64,000 nucleotides of DNA from Takakia lepidozioides (lineage: Eukaryota > Plantae > Bryophyta): contig CM060731.1 of assembly GCA_030704615.1 (NCBI GenBank), positions 41,478,001-41,542,000 on the forward strand, given 5' to 3'. Position 1 is the stretch's first letter, and each line of letters starts with the position of its first letter. The notes under the pieces are model-generated. The model ran no database searches and was not told the origin of the DNA. It saw only the letters and a list, made by a program, of their open reading frames with translations. This document shows, piece by piece, positions 50,533 through 63,557 of this stretch. The position numbers and the translations under genes are program-made.

Positions 50533-53500
50533 TTACAGTGTGAGTGGGATGTGTATGATAAAAATAGGGTTCCTTTGAGATAGGGATCGCGTAGAGGGGC
50601 ATTGTAGATATTCTCATGATGTACTTTGTATACATCCGATTAATCAATTGGTATAAATTTTTTCTTGTTGCTCGTGTGGGTTGCAACTTTGCATATGTGA
50701 TCTAAACATACTTATGCACATGTGGACCAAATATGAGCTTGAACCAAGTTGATTCAATGGATCATTCTAGTGTTGAACGCAACTACGTGTCATAGAGACG
50801 GAAAATTGTGTTCGCCTGCAGATGATTTTTTTTTTTATTCCATTTTCAAGCCATATGCTTAATGATAGCATATGCAATGTGCGTGCAAAATTTGGGAGTA
50901 AACAAAAGTCATTTGGACCCATAACCATATTTTGTTCTCTCATTTGTACTTCAAAGTTGAGTTATCTTCAACTTCATGCACTCTTCATAGAGAGTTTTAC
51001 TAAAGTGACCCTAGAAACACACTTTTTTTTTTTCCATTTTGTTTTTGTCTCATTTTTGCATGGATGTAGTGGTGCAAAGCCCGATGTCATAGAACAAAAT
51101 AGAACTAAAAATAAAATCATTACGCCCCTCAAAACCGCAATCATATATTTTCTAAATGCAAATATTTATTTTAAATTCATTTTAATTCGATTTAATTCAA
51201 AATTGGTGCAAGGGTGAGTGCGTCGTTGGGGAGGCTTTTTTTTTGTTTTTTTTTGTTTTTTTTTCCCTGCTGGATCTTTGTACAGGTGTTGCACACATAT
51301 TTAAGCACATGTAGGAAAAAATGAAGCTTGAGCCACATCCGTTTGTTGGGTGCAATGGCATGAGAGGATTTTCTTTCACAACACTATTTTAACTAATTGT
51401 GGACTTTTGTTTGGTCCAAAAATAATATGAGAAATATGAATAAACAAAATTTATTATTGAAATAAAGCGATATATATGATTATTTTGGTTATTTTATACA
51501 CAATATAATCCTCCAAACATTTTTTGGAGACAATATAAGTATGTATTGTGGTTTTATAAGAACATCCACTGCCAAGTTGACGTTCACGAAAAAAATGGGA
51601 GGATGCAATAAATTACACCATGATTTACAATATTTACAATGAATTACAACATTCATATTTTATTAGAGATTGCAACTTTGGCGTTGCAGTCAGACATAAT
51701 GTAACGTCAACTGTACATCCGTTGGACTTAATGTTATCTAGCGGCTCGAAGCCATACAACGGCTTACACTAACCCATTAATATTACAAAGCCTCCTCCCA
51801 AACGGCTCGCAGTCAAGGCATGTGTTCGAAGACGCCTCCGGTTACCAAACCACTTGCAACGGTCTCCGCACCAGATGGAACGGAAATACTTTCGAAGAAG
51901 TCGAACCTAGTAGTAACATTATCATCCGAAATCACGAAGCTCTTCTTTTTCTTTTCGAATTCGCTCCTTGAATGTGACTGGGCAAAACAATTTTTCATAT
52001 GACAAATGTCAGCTGAAATGTGGAACATTTGTAGGAAAAATGATAAAGTAAAAGTGCAAGAAGAAGACACTTTCAAGATCAAATTCTCCATAAACAACAA
52101 ACAATGGGATAAGTACATACCAAGGTAATCAGGTTCCTTTTGTTGTGGGATCCAAACACGAGGATCAACATATCTTCCATATCAAGCCCAATAGGCATAG
52201 TCACGACCAATAGGCTTACGAGAACACTTGGCAGGGTTCTCGCTGATGTAATCTACGACTGTTGAAGCTGCAGCCATTTTCAATATATATGGCCACACAG
52301 CTTTTGTCATATCATCCTGGTCAACCAATCCCTTTGGTGATGGCTTGTATGAAATAGGGAAGAATCCAGTATTTGGTGGGTTTCGGAGGCCCTTTGATGG
52401 CTCATCATAAACAAGGAGTATTTGTCCTTGAGTTGCAAAGGGTGTTCCAGGGTACTTGGCAAGAACAGTGCGGATATCCTTAACGAGATATTTCATCCCA
52501 GGCATGATGTAACCGGTAGTGTCTTTACAATCATCAGCTGACTAGATGAAGCAAAACTTCTTCGCAATTTTCGTAGAAACTAAACACTCGAGCATCCTAC
52601 AAAGAACATGTCTTTGAGCACATGACCAAATCGCCACGTGAAAATGCATGAACGCAAGGTTGAGAAACTCCAAGACTCCGGGCCGTGGAACCACAAAAGG
52701 TCATTCGGGAACATGAACTGTAACTTTCCTGAAACGAAATCTCTCCTTAAACAAGTCACCGCCGGTTGGAGGTGGCTGGTAGCAAAAGAGACCGTTGACA
52801 CTCAATATTAACATCATCCGTTTCCTCTTCCCCGATGTGGCAAATGAAGGTTGATGGACGATACCATCATGCGCAATTTAAGTGTTCCCGCCGTCAGAAA
52901 CAACACGATGTAGTGTTTCTTAGTTGCAGAGTGACCTCTACGTTTTCGGAGACATAAGTGTCCAGACAATGGACTACTGTAAAGGACCAAGAGTAGACCA
53001 TAAATCGAAGAGTTCGAGATCACGAAAAGATGAAAGTCGGCTGTCAAGTGGAGGTTAGTGAACGCACATTGTCGGGAGGCGAATTCAAGAAGTTATGCGG
53101 CTCCATACTCACTTGTATAGAAATTACGGAGTTAGTTTGGGACAGAAGAACAAACTGCAAACGAAAGTGGAGAAATTGTTTTGAAATGTACCATTGAAGC
53201 CTTATTGGAATGTCTTGCAGAAGAATAGTGGATTCCCGCGGGCTTGGACAACATCCGAGGGAGTCCTCAAGTTTGGAGTCCGCTCTTTTTTTCTTGTCAG
53301 CCTTTTGTCCTTTAGAATGATTCCCTGCAGAGGAAGGAAATGGCTCGGGGGCTCTTTTTCGCCTCTTTGGTGTAGAACATTGTGAAAGCAGTTCAGGGTC
53401 ACGTTGTGTCGATGTTGGAGATGTTTTGCCATTGAACGACGGGAGAAGTGGAGGGGCAACAACAGGCAAGCACAAAAAGTTGTCTCTTGAGCACTCGACA

Positions 53501-54353
53501 TCCTGGATGGAATGAAAACGCAACGAAAGAATAATTTACCTCGGAACTGCATTCCAATGCAGACGTCGTTTGACAGGAAGGTCATAATCTGCAGATTTTC
53601 TTACCTGGAGCGACAGATGAATATCAGACCCAAACTAAGTGAAACAAGGAGAATGAGCAAGGAGCGAAAAATGAGTTTAAGTCACCTGACTCCTGCGGAT
53701 TTGGGCTATCCAACCCTCGTGCTGGGGAGATATGCGAGGAAGAGACGGAAGCAGGTGCAGCGGAGCCGTAGCCGAGTCCCCGACGGTTGGATAGACCAGA
53801 CCCTGCGTACTGAACATGGAGGGTGAGGAATATTGGGAAAGGTCGATAAAGTCTCCGGGATATTTGTGTTCTTCACCTGCACCTTGGACTTTACCCCCAG
53901 GAAGACCCGAGAGGAGAAGAGTGTCGCCCGCTTCCCGGGAGGACAAGGGTCTGACAAAGGATCCATCCTCAATTTGAGCACCATCATGAACCCTCGGAAA
54001 GCCTTCAATACTCCGACTCACAGCTGATCCGGAGGGTTCCTCTAGGGGACTTGAAGAACCGATGACGTTGTCAGCATCTCCTTGACCCTGCCAAAGAGAC
54101 ATAATCATAAATCCGGGAATGCACGAATGTGAACCTCCACTGAACAGTGGAGGTCACTAGATATAGTTTTGTCCCCGTATGAAGGCCTGTATCAGAGTCT
54201 TGGGATTGCCCGGAATGTACGTCAAGAATTCAATTGAAAATGAGTCAAAATGAGAGTACCATATCTTTCACGTGTGTGATTATAAGGAAATGAAAAAGAG
54301 AAACCATGAAGATATTCAATAGCTCGAGTGAGATGGGATTGATCAAAAATAAT

Positions 54354-55099
54354 TTATTTTGAAGCATCATATCTGAGACTCTTAAAACCGTTGTCCTCAA
54401 TAAAATCCCAGAGTGGGCTAAACTTGGGATCGTTTGAAACATTGGGGAAAAAAGTCAACCCTATCATTTTTTCCCTAAGATAGCTTGAAACAGTGGGATG
54501 TTTCCTCATTCCAAGCAAATAGGTCTGAAGAACCTTGAGAAGATAGCAACCATCAGTCTCAACGGTCTGGAACAGTTTGAGAACAAGACATGAGTCGGGC
54601 GGGTTCAATACACACTTCATGGCGGTGTCGTCAATGAGTAGAGTGTTACTCTTGGTGTATTGCCTACCAAATCCCTTCCAGACATTGACCAGTGGCTTCA
54701 AAAACAAATGAGGAGGGTCCAATCCTGATTTGAATTGAGGATGAACCGAAGTAGGGCACGAAATACAATCCTCTTGAGACATAACGAAGGCCGGTTGAGG
54801 TAGACCACGAAGCAAAAAATCCAAGATGGGCTGCAAGTTCTTGTACATCATAGAGCTCAAAATCCCTAACCGGTAGTGTTTGTGCAACTCTGTACACACT
54901 TCGCGATATTTCTCCCGTCTAAAGACAAGTCGAAATCCGACAAGAGCTGGAATTCTGTAATCCGATTCTGAAAACCGGGGACATTGTAGCTCTTCTGGTG
55001 CTTCAAGATTTTGCACAAGACTCCATTCACGTCAAAAATAATCAAACGCAACCCTTGCGCAGGAGGAGAAACAGGTGCCCCAATCTGCCAGAGAGTCAT
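54354..55099 (-). pseudogene. FCP1/NIF-like HAD phosphatase domain (frameshifted)
   Basis: LIIFDVNGVL, LGILSS, FLKPL..VW and NTLLIDD...KC.LNP. Confidence 0.75.
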
Positions 55100-55204
55100 T
55101 CATACTTAGGATGATAAAAGGGAACAGTACAATGCATTGGAAAAACCGACACCATGAAAGTGAACAAGAACGTCCACTGGACAGCCGAGGTTCACCAAAC
55201 CCAG

Positions 55205-55972
55205 TTAAAATATTTTATGTCCCAATGCAGCGGCACGCAACTCGAGATTGCTAAGGAACTTCTGCCACCTATAATCAAAGTCTCTAAGAAATTTGACCGT
55301 TGGGTCGTCCTCGAAGAAATCCTTTGAAACGCCGAAATGATGTAGGTCGTTGAACAGCATGACATCCATCCCCGATAACCGGAACATGTTAAGGTGAGGC
55401 TTGAGTTCTTCCAGTAGAAATTTATCCTTGTCAGGGTCCACGCGCGCCTTATATTTTGGAAAGAAGATGGTATGTCCTAACGGGTTCAAGTAGGACTTGT
55501 ACATATTGTCTACAGTGTTGATGATGAGAGTATTGGATTTGTAAGCTGTCGGGACTTCCTCAGCGAAAATGTCGTAAAGACGTTTAAAGTAGATGGGATT
55601 TTTGGGAGTTTTGGGCCATTTTTTGTTGAATGTCGATCTATGCATACGGAATTCTCACTGCTATAAGTTCTGACCTGGGAATAGTACTTCCCGAACACGG
55701 CCTTGGCGATAGTCTCGACGTTCATTTCAGGTCCAACGTTCCAAAAACAAACGGCAAACTTTTTGACGGCCCACTTAACGAATTCGTCAAGACCGTTTCG
55801 CGTAGCTAACTTGAATTTCCCTGCGGAGATACAAGGCTGGGTGGCAGGAGGTGTTTTCTTTCCACCTTTAGGAAAACCTCACAAAGGTAACCGATGTCCA
55901 GAACCAGGACGTAGTATCCTGGCCGGCATCCGTTCGGTCCCCAAGGAAGGGAATGCAGATCGTTTGGATTGA
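55205..55972 (-). pseudogene. Second, more divergent FCP1-like domain
   Basis: VLVLDIG.L, RNGLDEFVKWA..F.V.FW, YFKRL, NTLII and KSYLNP; frameshifted. Confidence 0.6.
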
Positions 55973-56264
55973 CAGAAAGGGAATAGTTGACTGGAGGGTA
56001 ATGCATGTTGTCATGTGGAATAACAGAAGAGTTCATTATTAATTTCAATTTGAGAAATCCCAAAGAACGGAAATATTGTCTGGGTGGAAATATGTTTTAT
56101 TCGGAAGTCCAAAAAGACGGATATGGGAAAAACATTGGGATTACATATAATTACAATATTGTCATATGGAAAAAACATTCGGATTATTCCACTCACAAGT
56201 ATGTATAATTACAATATTATCATATTGTATTCAAAAGTGTGTACGAATAAACATTCATTAATTG

Positions 56265-56906
56265 TCATTCGTTACCTACATCCATAACCACTTCCTGGGT
56301 GACATTATGGGACACCAGCTCACGACGATTGTTAACGGGATCCGGTGACATAATCAATGGCTCGTCACCTTCCACAGGTGTGAACCCTTGACCGAGGGTT
56401 TCAACTAACTCCCTTGATGTCGCTTCTTGTCCCCCTGGAGAAGCCGGATTCTTATTCGTGGTGTTATCGGAACTGGAGGAAGAGCTGTCCAGATTGTGTA
56501 CATCTTGTGGCGCAACGCGTTCTTGGGTATTTGGAGTAATACCTAGATTATCCAATCGGGAAATTTCCTGGCCATCTCTTTCCCTTTCCCACGTTAGCTG
56601 CATCTGCCCCTGGTTTTCGTTCACGATTTCCATGTTCTCATCTTCGTCTTTCTCCTCCTCGTCGTCCTCTTCTAGTTTCTTCACCATTTCCTCGCCCTGA
56701 TTTCCTCTGTCGTGTCCTTCGTCATCATCTTCTTCGTCCACTTCGTCATCCTGCAGTGAGTCTCCGTCATCTCCGTCTCCTGCGATAGTCTGATTGTCAA
56801 TCTGGAGGGTCCTGAAATAGGCCTCCATCTTGCTTCTACAAAATTTCTTTTTCGTTACAAAGTTTATGTCGAGCACACGAATATTTCTTTCTTGCAATGA
56901 AACCAA
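56265..56906 (-). CDS. Acidic low-complexity exon of an unknown gene, upstream of the FCP1-like domains
   Basis: 213-codon D/E-rich ORF. Confidence 0.45.
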   Translation of the reverse strand: MVSLQERNIRVLDINFVTKKKFCRSKMEAYFRTLQIDNQTIAGDGDDGDSLQDDEVDEEDDDEGHDRGNQGEEMVKKLEEDDEEEKDEDENMEIVNENQGQMQLTWERERDGQEISRLDNLGITPNTQERVAPQDVHNLDSSSSSSDNTTNKNPASPGGQEATSRELVETLGQGFTPVEGDEPLIMSPDPVNNRRELVSHNVTQEVVMDVGNE

Positions 56907-57636
56907 ACAATGATATCAAAATAAATCCGACAAACACCAACCATCGAAAGATTGAAAGGGTTAGGCTTTCTTTTGAGACAACTACTAAACACACCAAACT
57001 GCAGAATAACAAACACCCAAAACACCCACAACTCCAATAACATGAACCTCCACTGCCCAGTGGAGGTTAATAAAATGGAAACAATCAGACACATGTTAAA
57101 CACGTTATTCCGACAACGTGAATAATACGAGATTTACATCCGGGAAAACTGAAAACACAGACAATTCCAAGATGTAGAATTCACTTACAAGCAGAACGTA
57201 TGTCATTGCCAGTCCTCCGAAAATGTTCACACAAGACATTCCGTCCCTTCAAAAAAAAAAAAAACCAGGTAATCGTAGGTGTCCGGTCTCAGCTCATGAT
57301 TGTAAGGAGGGCAGCTACCGTGTGCGCAGCTCACGTGAGCACGCTCACGCTTAAAGTGGAAAACGTGAGCAGAATCCCTAAAGCGTGAGCATATTAGTGA
57401 ATGGGAGCCTACAACCGAGGGAAGAAGAGGGCCTATTGCTGTGGACAAAAACTACAATGCACGGACGCATGCACACCCCATCTGACGGGACAATGCAAGC
57501 TCCATGACGACCATATGGTACGAATGTGCGATGAAAAAGCCGACGGATGAATGGTTTCAGGATGAATGAAATGTGAAAATGATGAATGGTGGATGACTGT
57601 TGGAATGAGCGAAAGGATGAACCATGACTTCGTTTT

Positions 57637-57652
57637 TGTTTCACGTGGAACA
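57637..57652. other. Exact parS-consensus 16-mer TGTTTCACGTGGAACA (function here unproven)
   Basis: Reverse complement TGTTCCACGTGAAACA fits the bacterial parS consensus TGTTNCACGTGAAACA. Confidence refers to function, not to the match. Confidence 0.3.
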
Positions 57653-57949
57653 ATTGCATCTCGAGTGTGTCCTGAATTTCAGATTTGTCGGCTGATCCTG
57701 GCAGTACTTACTTTGAGGGAACTTGAAGGAAACTGCTGAAGTTACAAGGCAATTACATACATGAGTAAATTTGAGTTACCTATGGACTCTTCTGATGGGG
57801 GTGGGGCTGCAGAGGAGGGAGGAAGATAGAACATGAGAAGTGGAGGAGAACACAAAATCGCAGAAAAATTCCTCCAAAAACAATGAACCCAAAAAATTGA
57901 GTCCAAAAAAACTTTGAAGGCGGTGTGTGTCCAGATGGGGGGGGGGGGG

Positions 57950-58673
57950 ATTAAGGTGTCGTCAACAACATCTTAATTCCCACCTCCTGTTGCCACAAAC
58001 ATTTAATGGAAAATCCCAAAAAACCAGAAAATTTGAATCCAACAAAACTACAAAGCTGACACATGTATAGGTCGTGGCGATTAAGGTGTCGTCAACGACA
58101 TCTTAAATCCCACCAGCTGCTGCCACATGTCTTTTCAAATTATGGCCCAAAAATGGAAAAAACAGAAATCCAACAAAACTTTGAAAGCGGTGCGTGTGCA
58201 GGTCGGGGCGATTAAGGTGTCGTCAACGACATCTTAATTCCCACAACCTGTTGCGATATGACAGTTTATGGAAAAACCCAAAAAACAAGAAAAAACTAAA
58301 TCCAATAAAGCTTTGAAGGCGATGCGTGTGCAGGTCGGGGGGATTAAGGTGTCGTCAACGACATCTTAATTCCAACAACCTCAACAGAATTTTCAAGGCG
58401 GTGCGTGTGCAGGTCGGGGGGATTAAGACATCTTAATTCCCAGCAAGTTTTTATTTTATTTATTTATTTATTTATTGGTTTCCCCCGAATGTGGCAGATT
58501 AAGGTGTCGTCAACGACATCTTAATTCCAAGCAAGTTTTCCAAGAAAAAAAATAAAAAAAATTAAAAAAATTGTTTTTTCCCGTATGTGGCAAATTAAGG
58601 TGTCGTCAACGACATCTTAATTCCCAGCAAGTTTTCCAAAAGAAAGAAGAAGAAAAAAATAAAAATAAAACCC

Positions 58674-58725
<52 letters not shown>

Positions 58726-59377
58726 TCGTCAACGACATCTTAATTCGCAGTACGAGTTGGTACATGACCATTCATGGAAAAACCAAAAATCCCAAAAAAA
58801 TTCACCCAAAAAATTTCAACCCAAAAAAATTTGATGGCGAACAGCCTTGGCGGTAAGGCGGTGTGTGTATAGGTGCTAGGGCTTAAGGTGTCGTCAACGA
58901 CATCTTAATTCCCAGTACAAGTTGGCACATGACAATTCATGGAAAAAGCAAAAACCCCAAAAAAATTTAACCCAAAAAAATCTGTTGGCGAAGAGCCTTG
59001 TCGGTAAGGCGGTGTGTGTGCATATGCTGGGGATTAAGGTGTCGTCAACGACATCTTAATTCCCAGTACGAGTTGACACATGACAATTCATGGAAAAACC
59101 AAAAACCCCAAAAAAATTCACCCAAAAAATTTCAACCCACAAAAATCTGATGGTGAACAAGCCTTGGCGGTAAGGTGGTGTGTGTGCAGGTGCTGGGGAT
59201 TAAGGTGTCGTCAACGATATCTTAATTCCCAGTACGAGTTAGCATATGACAATTCATGGAAAAATCAAAAACCCCAAAAAAATTCACCCAAAAAAATCTG
59301 ATGGCGAACAAGCCTGGGCGGTAAGGCGGTGTGTGTGCAGGTGCTGGGGATTAAGGTGTCGTCAACGACATCTTAAT
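57950..59377. repeat. Array of 12 co-oriented 28-bp palindromes with about 50-140-bp spacers
   Basis: Starts at 57950, 58080, 58211, 58343, 58422 (collapsed), 58498, 58594, 58724 (partial), 58882, 59033, 59199 and 59350. Confidence 0.97.
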
Positions 59378-61406
59378 TCCCAGTACGTGTTTTGAAATTT
59401 TTATTTATAAATCACGAGTTCACCTCTCTGCCTTCTTTAGATTTGGGTGTGAGCCTTTCTCTCAACCTTGGATACTTGGAAAAATGACAAGTAACCCCTC
59501 CTCAATCCACAAAGCAATGTGGATTCATTGTTGGCAATATACACTGCACTTTCACAATTGATTTGCAAGCAAGACTAGCATGGTTTAAAGGATTTCGGAG
59601 CTCGGGGGATTTCGGAGCTACTACTACAAGACAATTCCTAAGAGCTGGTGCGCTGTGTTCGGTCGCGCGCTGCTCTATTTGTTTTTAGGATTTTCGCTTC
59701 TCCGAACGAGAGAATACGAGATAAAAAACTCGAGATTTAGGCTATTTTTTTTATTTTTTTTGCTATGAGTGGTTTCTTCGAACCTTTGGGCCTTATGCCA
59801 ATGCTCGCCTAAAGCGTTCCGTCCTTTCCTCCACTGCACTGAACTGCACGCTCTCTTCTCTCAGCTCTCACGGCACCCTGCACAACACAGTCTCTGCTCT
59901 TCACGCTCTCCGCTCTTCAAAACTCTCTCTTTTCTAGCGCTAGTCGGTCTTACCACTTCCGCAGCGCTTCCGCGTACACAATGGAGTGGCGAAAGGGTGG
60001 GCTGAACGACCACACCCCTTATATGGTGTCGTCGCAAAGGATCTGAACCATTACGTTCTTTCGAAATCGAACGGTCGCGCGTGTTCCATCCAACATCTAT
60101 GCAAATATCATCCAATTCATCCTTTCCATTCTATCCATCCATTTTACGAATGACTAGATGAAATGAAAAAACAGATGAATGAACGAGAAAATATGACGTT
60201 AATGATCTCTTGCACATGATCATCAATTATAACCCCGTGGGGTATTTCCCAACCCCACACGTGACAATAAATGAAATGTACAAGTCAGATCCTCTTGCGG
60301 CGTTTTGCCGCTGGGAATTATTGCTCCTGACCATGTCTACATTCGGCGGATTAAGGCTTGGAATATTTCCTCTGTCACTCATTTACGCCTGCCGCATTCT
60401 CGGCCGAGTGTCATAGCTGCACGATTTCATGAAACGCTTGCGTCATGCCATCATCCACTTGGACAGCATTGAATGCGAAATACAACCTGCTTTATAAGCA
60501 CGAGTGTGAGACCATTGAACCACCGTTATCGGCCGTTATCTTTCTGGCATCATAATTGTTACATAGGGATCTACCAGTAAAGGACATTCTTTTCCGAAAT
60601 CGGTCAAAGAGTGCACTCCTGCACCATCTAGAACCGTTCGATTGTGGCCATATCGGATATCAACGGCGACGAAAATTGATCCGGGAGACAATGTATCGCA
60701 CTATCCCATTGGAGGAGTTCCAGCGGGCAACCTGGTTTCCACCTCTATATAAGGTCTGAGTGCAAACTGTTCAAACTTCTATCTCCATACCTCTCACTTG
60801 CAGATTGTGTTTCCCGCACTTCTCTGGTCATCTCCCACCTCGCTTCCCATACTGCACCTCTCTGAGCATCCTGTACCTCTGTGGCCATTGCAGGTGTAAC
60901 TCTCTGAATTTCCATAATCTCTCGTGTGAACTGCATTTTCACCCGTAGAAAATGTTAAGACATCTATGTGTTTTCGATACTCTACAGGAAAATCTACTTA
61001 TTTGTCATCTGCATGTTTAGAAATTACAGTCCAATACTCTCCGATTTCTGTATTTCGTTATACCTCAAGTCGTGGACCTCCACTGGACAGTCGCGTCAAT
61101 GCTCACATCCATCCGTCATTACAATTATTCATCCACGTAACCATGTTCATCCACTAATATTCATCCGTCCGACTTTTTCATCTATATCTCATGTACAGTG
61201 GAGGTTATATAATTAGACACAATCTTCAAATGACATGTTCCAGACCAAACAACAATTCCATTTCTATTCTACTTCTCTGAAACGTTCATACGCGAGTGTA
61301 TTTCCTTTTATTGAATTGATTCATCTCTGAATATAGTCTTCACTCATACTGCTTATTACTGTCAGTAAGGTCGTCACGGAGGGGTTTCCAGTTTCTTGAA
61401 CCTCAC

Positions 61407-63557
61407 GTGTGCAGTGGAGGTTCCGGTGATCATGATCTTAGAGACGGGTCAAAGAGTGTTTCTAACTCTTCCCGGTCCTCATCTCCAGTAGCCACTGGGG
61501 ACTACCTTAATGTCTCTGGGGTTAGGACCTGTCATGGACAACAATTATCTTCCTCAACCATTTCAGTGGTTCTCATCTCCTGTGGTGAAGCACACTCATT
61601 ATGTCCTCTTCCTTATGGACATATGGATGCTGACACCTTGAAGGAGGCCATTGGGACCCCGGTGATGTGGAATGTTGGCGAAGTTCTTGCGGAGAATAAC
61701 GAGTATCAAGGAGGGCTTGACATGAATCCTGATTTTATGCCGGAGACAAGAGATACTGCCGAGAATTCTGACGTCGACGAGGATGAATCAAACCACAGAC
61801 CATCGAAGAGTTCCTGGAATCCGAGCGGAGGACTCGGAAGAAACAATTGGAGAAACTTGCAGTGCGTACTGTTGGGTGATGATGGGGGTGCACTATTTCA
61901 GGGGAGTATTCAAGCCTGCATTCCGTATGAAGTGATCCTCAATGACAAACTGGGAGAGGACGATGTTGGAGTTCTTGTCACCAGAATACTTTCTTGAGGT
62001 TCTGGATCTTTGATGTCTCTTGTAAAATGGCCTTTAACAAAAACACGACTTTTGGAAAGTGGGAGACTACTCTCAAATGATCTGGAGAATTTTATTAGAT
62101 CCTCTGACAATATCTTGTACGAAGATCACGAGGCAGGTGTAAAGAAAGCGGCGTATCGGCATTTTACGAGAAAGAAGAGGGATCGAGATTTGGAACACTC
62201 CAAAAAAAGAATGAAGAATCTTACTCTGGAGGAAGTCCGGTCCGTGAGCAGCAAACCTTGCTGCAGACTTCACTACTGTCAATATTTCGATTGGCGAAAA
62301 ACCTTGGCTATCCGTACTTCATTTTGGGGATCCACTTTCGATGAGAGGAGAGAACATGGACTGAATGTTTCGAAACGACTTCACATGCTCGAAGGGACCT
62401 CTCGCAGGGCATACGTTACGATTGAGGGTGTGGATGTATGTGAGACTGCTTGGTGGACAATTCATGGAATTGGCAAGTCCACATACATGGAGTACAAAAA
62501 GTTGAGTAAACAGGGTTGGTTGTCAAGTCTCATTTTGTCAAGGGCTGTATTCTGGATGGAAAGGAGGCCTTGGTCGGGATTTCGGAGATGCACGTCTTCC
62601 GTTTTTTTAAGGATGCGGAGGGCTGGCCTGTCATGAAGTACAAGAAGTCCGCTACTGATTCGGATTGGCTTCCAACAAACAATAGCGTGAAGATGTGGAA
62701 GTCCAATCCTGACGGGACTCCGACGCTCCCTGAAGGAGACCCAGACGCCGTTCCAAGGAGACCTATCTGGGGAGTCGGGGATGACTCCTCCGAAAAACAG
62801 TCATTCATTAAGAATGCAATAAAAAAATACAGGGATTTTTGGACGAAAGGAATGATGCTTGACGATCATTATAGAGGTCGAATGGAACAATACGACCAGT
62901 ACTGGGGAAACATTCTTGCCGAGTTAGATAAGCCAATTCCAGAAGCTCCCGACCGTATTCAGCTTCTTGAGGGATTCTGGCCGAAAACAAATTGGTCCAA
63001 GAATCATCACAGAGATGGTCCATCCACATATATTGCCAGATGTGGAAGAAGAGGATGAAATCCTAGAACCTTACTGTGGCCCGAGGTGTAAGCGACCAAG
63101 AGTATCCCTGAATCCGTTCAAGGATATTGAGAAAGGGTTTTTTGTGCTCGTTCGCCTTTATGACCCAAGTACGTGCCCTGTCTGGATGGGGGTGGCAATA
63201 TCTGACGTAATCCGCGAAAGGGAAGATCCTAATTTTAAGAAGGTGAAGGTGGAGTGGTGGAGACCGAGAAAAGGTGGTAACCCAACAGACTTGGAAAGGT
63301 ACAGGGACTGTTGGTCAAAACTTTGGGAGTATAACTCGTCAGATCCTTCTCAATGGATCCACGTGAACAATGTTGTGTGGACAATGCCTCCACGAAAAAA
63401 TACGACAAGGAATAGCACTAAGAGAATTACTGCCGCCGAAGCAGTGAAGGCGCGCGTTAATTTGGAGGAGGCTAATCGTCAGTCAGAAAACGAGTCGTGC
63501 GAGCGAGTTCCAGACCAAGGACATATTGTTGAGGTCAACTCCAGTACTTCGATTTAA
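61407..63557 (+). pseudogene. DUF7869/Sola-like DDE transposase with central catalytic core deleted
   Basis: CC...C..F, R..FW and IEG.DVCETAWW.IHGI.KSTY N-terminal part, then an abrupt frame jump near 62515 to L.GIS.MH.FRF..D..GWPVMKYK....WLP. C-terminal VLVR...PVW.G.A.SD...V.WW.P. In-frame TGA at 61995. Family assigned from memory. Confidence 0.65.

Noticed and set aside
58676-58724. Long poly-T as a retro-insertion tail
   Set aside because: No TSD or element body; it replaces part of a palindrome unit, so slippage or a sequencing homopolymer artefact is more likely.
57950-59377. True CRISPR array
   Set aside because: Spacers are 50-140 bp, related to each other and homopolymer-rich; no cas genes; eukaryotic intron-containing context.
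60980-60992. CTCTACAGGAAAA as the partner CACTA terminus
   Set aside because: Same orientation as the 42094 end, mismatch within CACTA, and no subterminal repeats.
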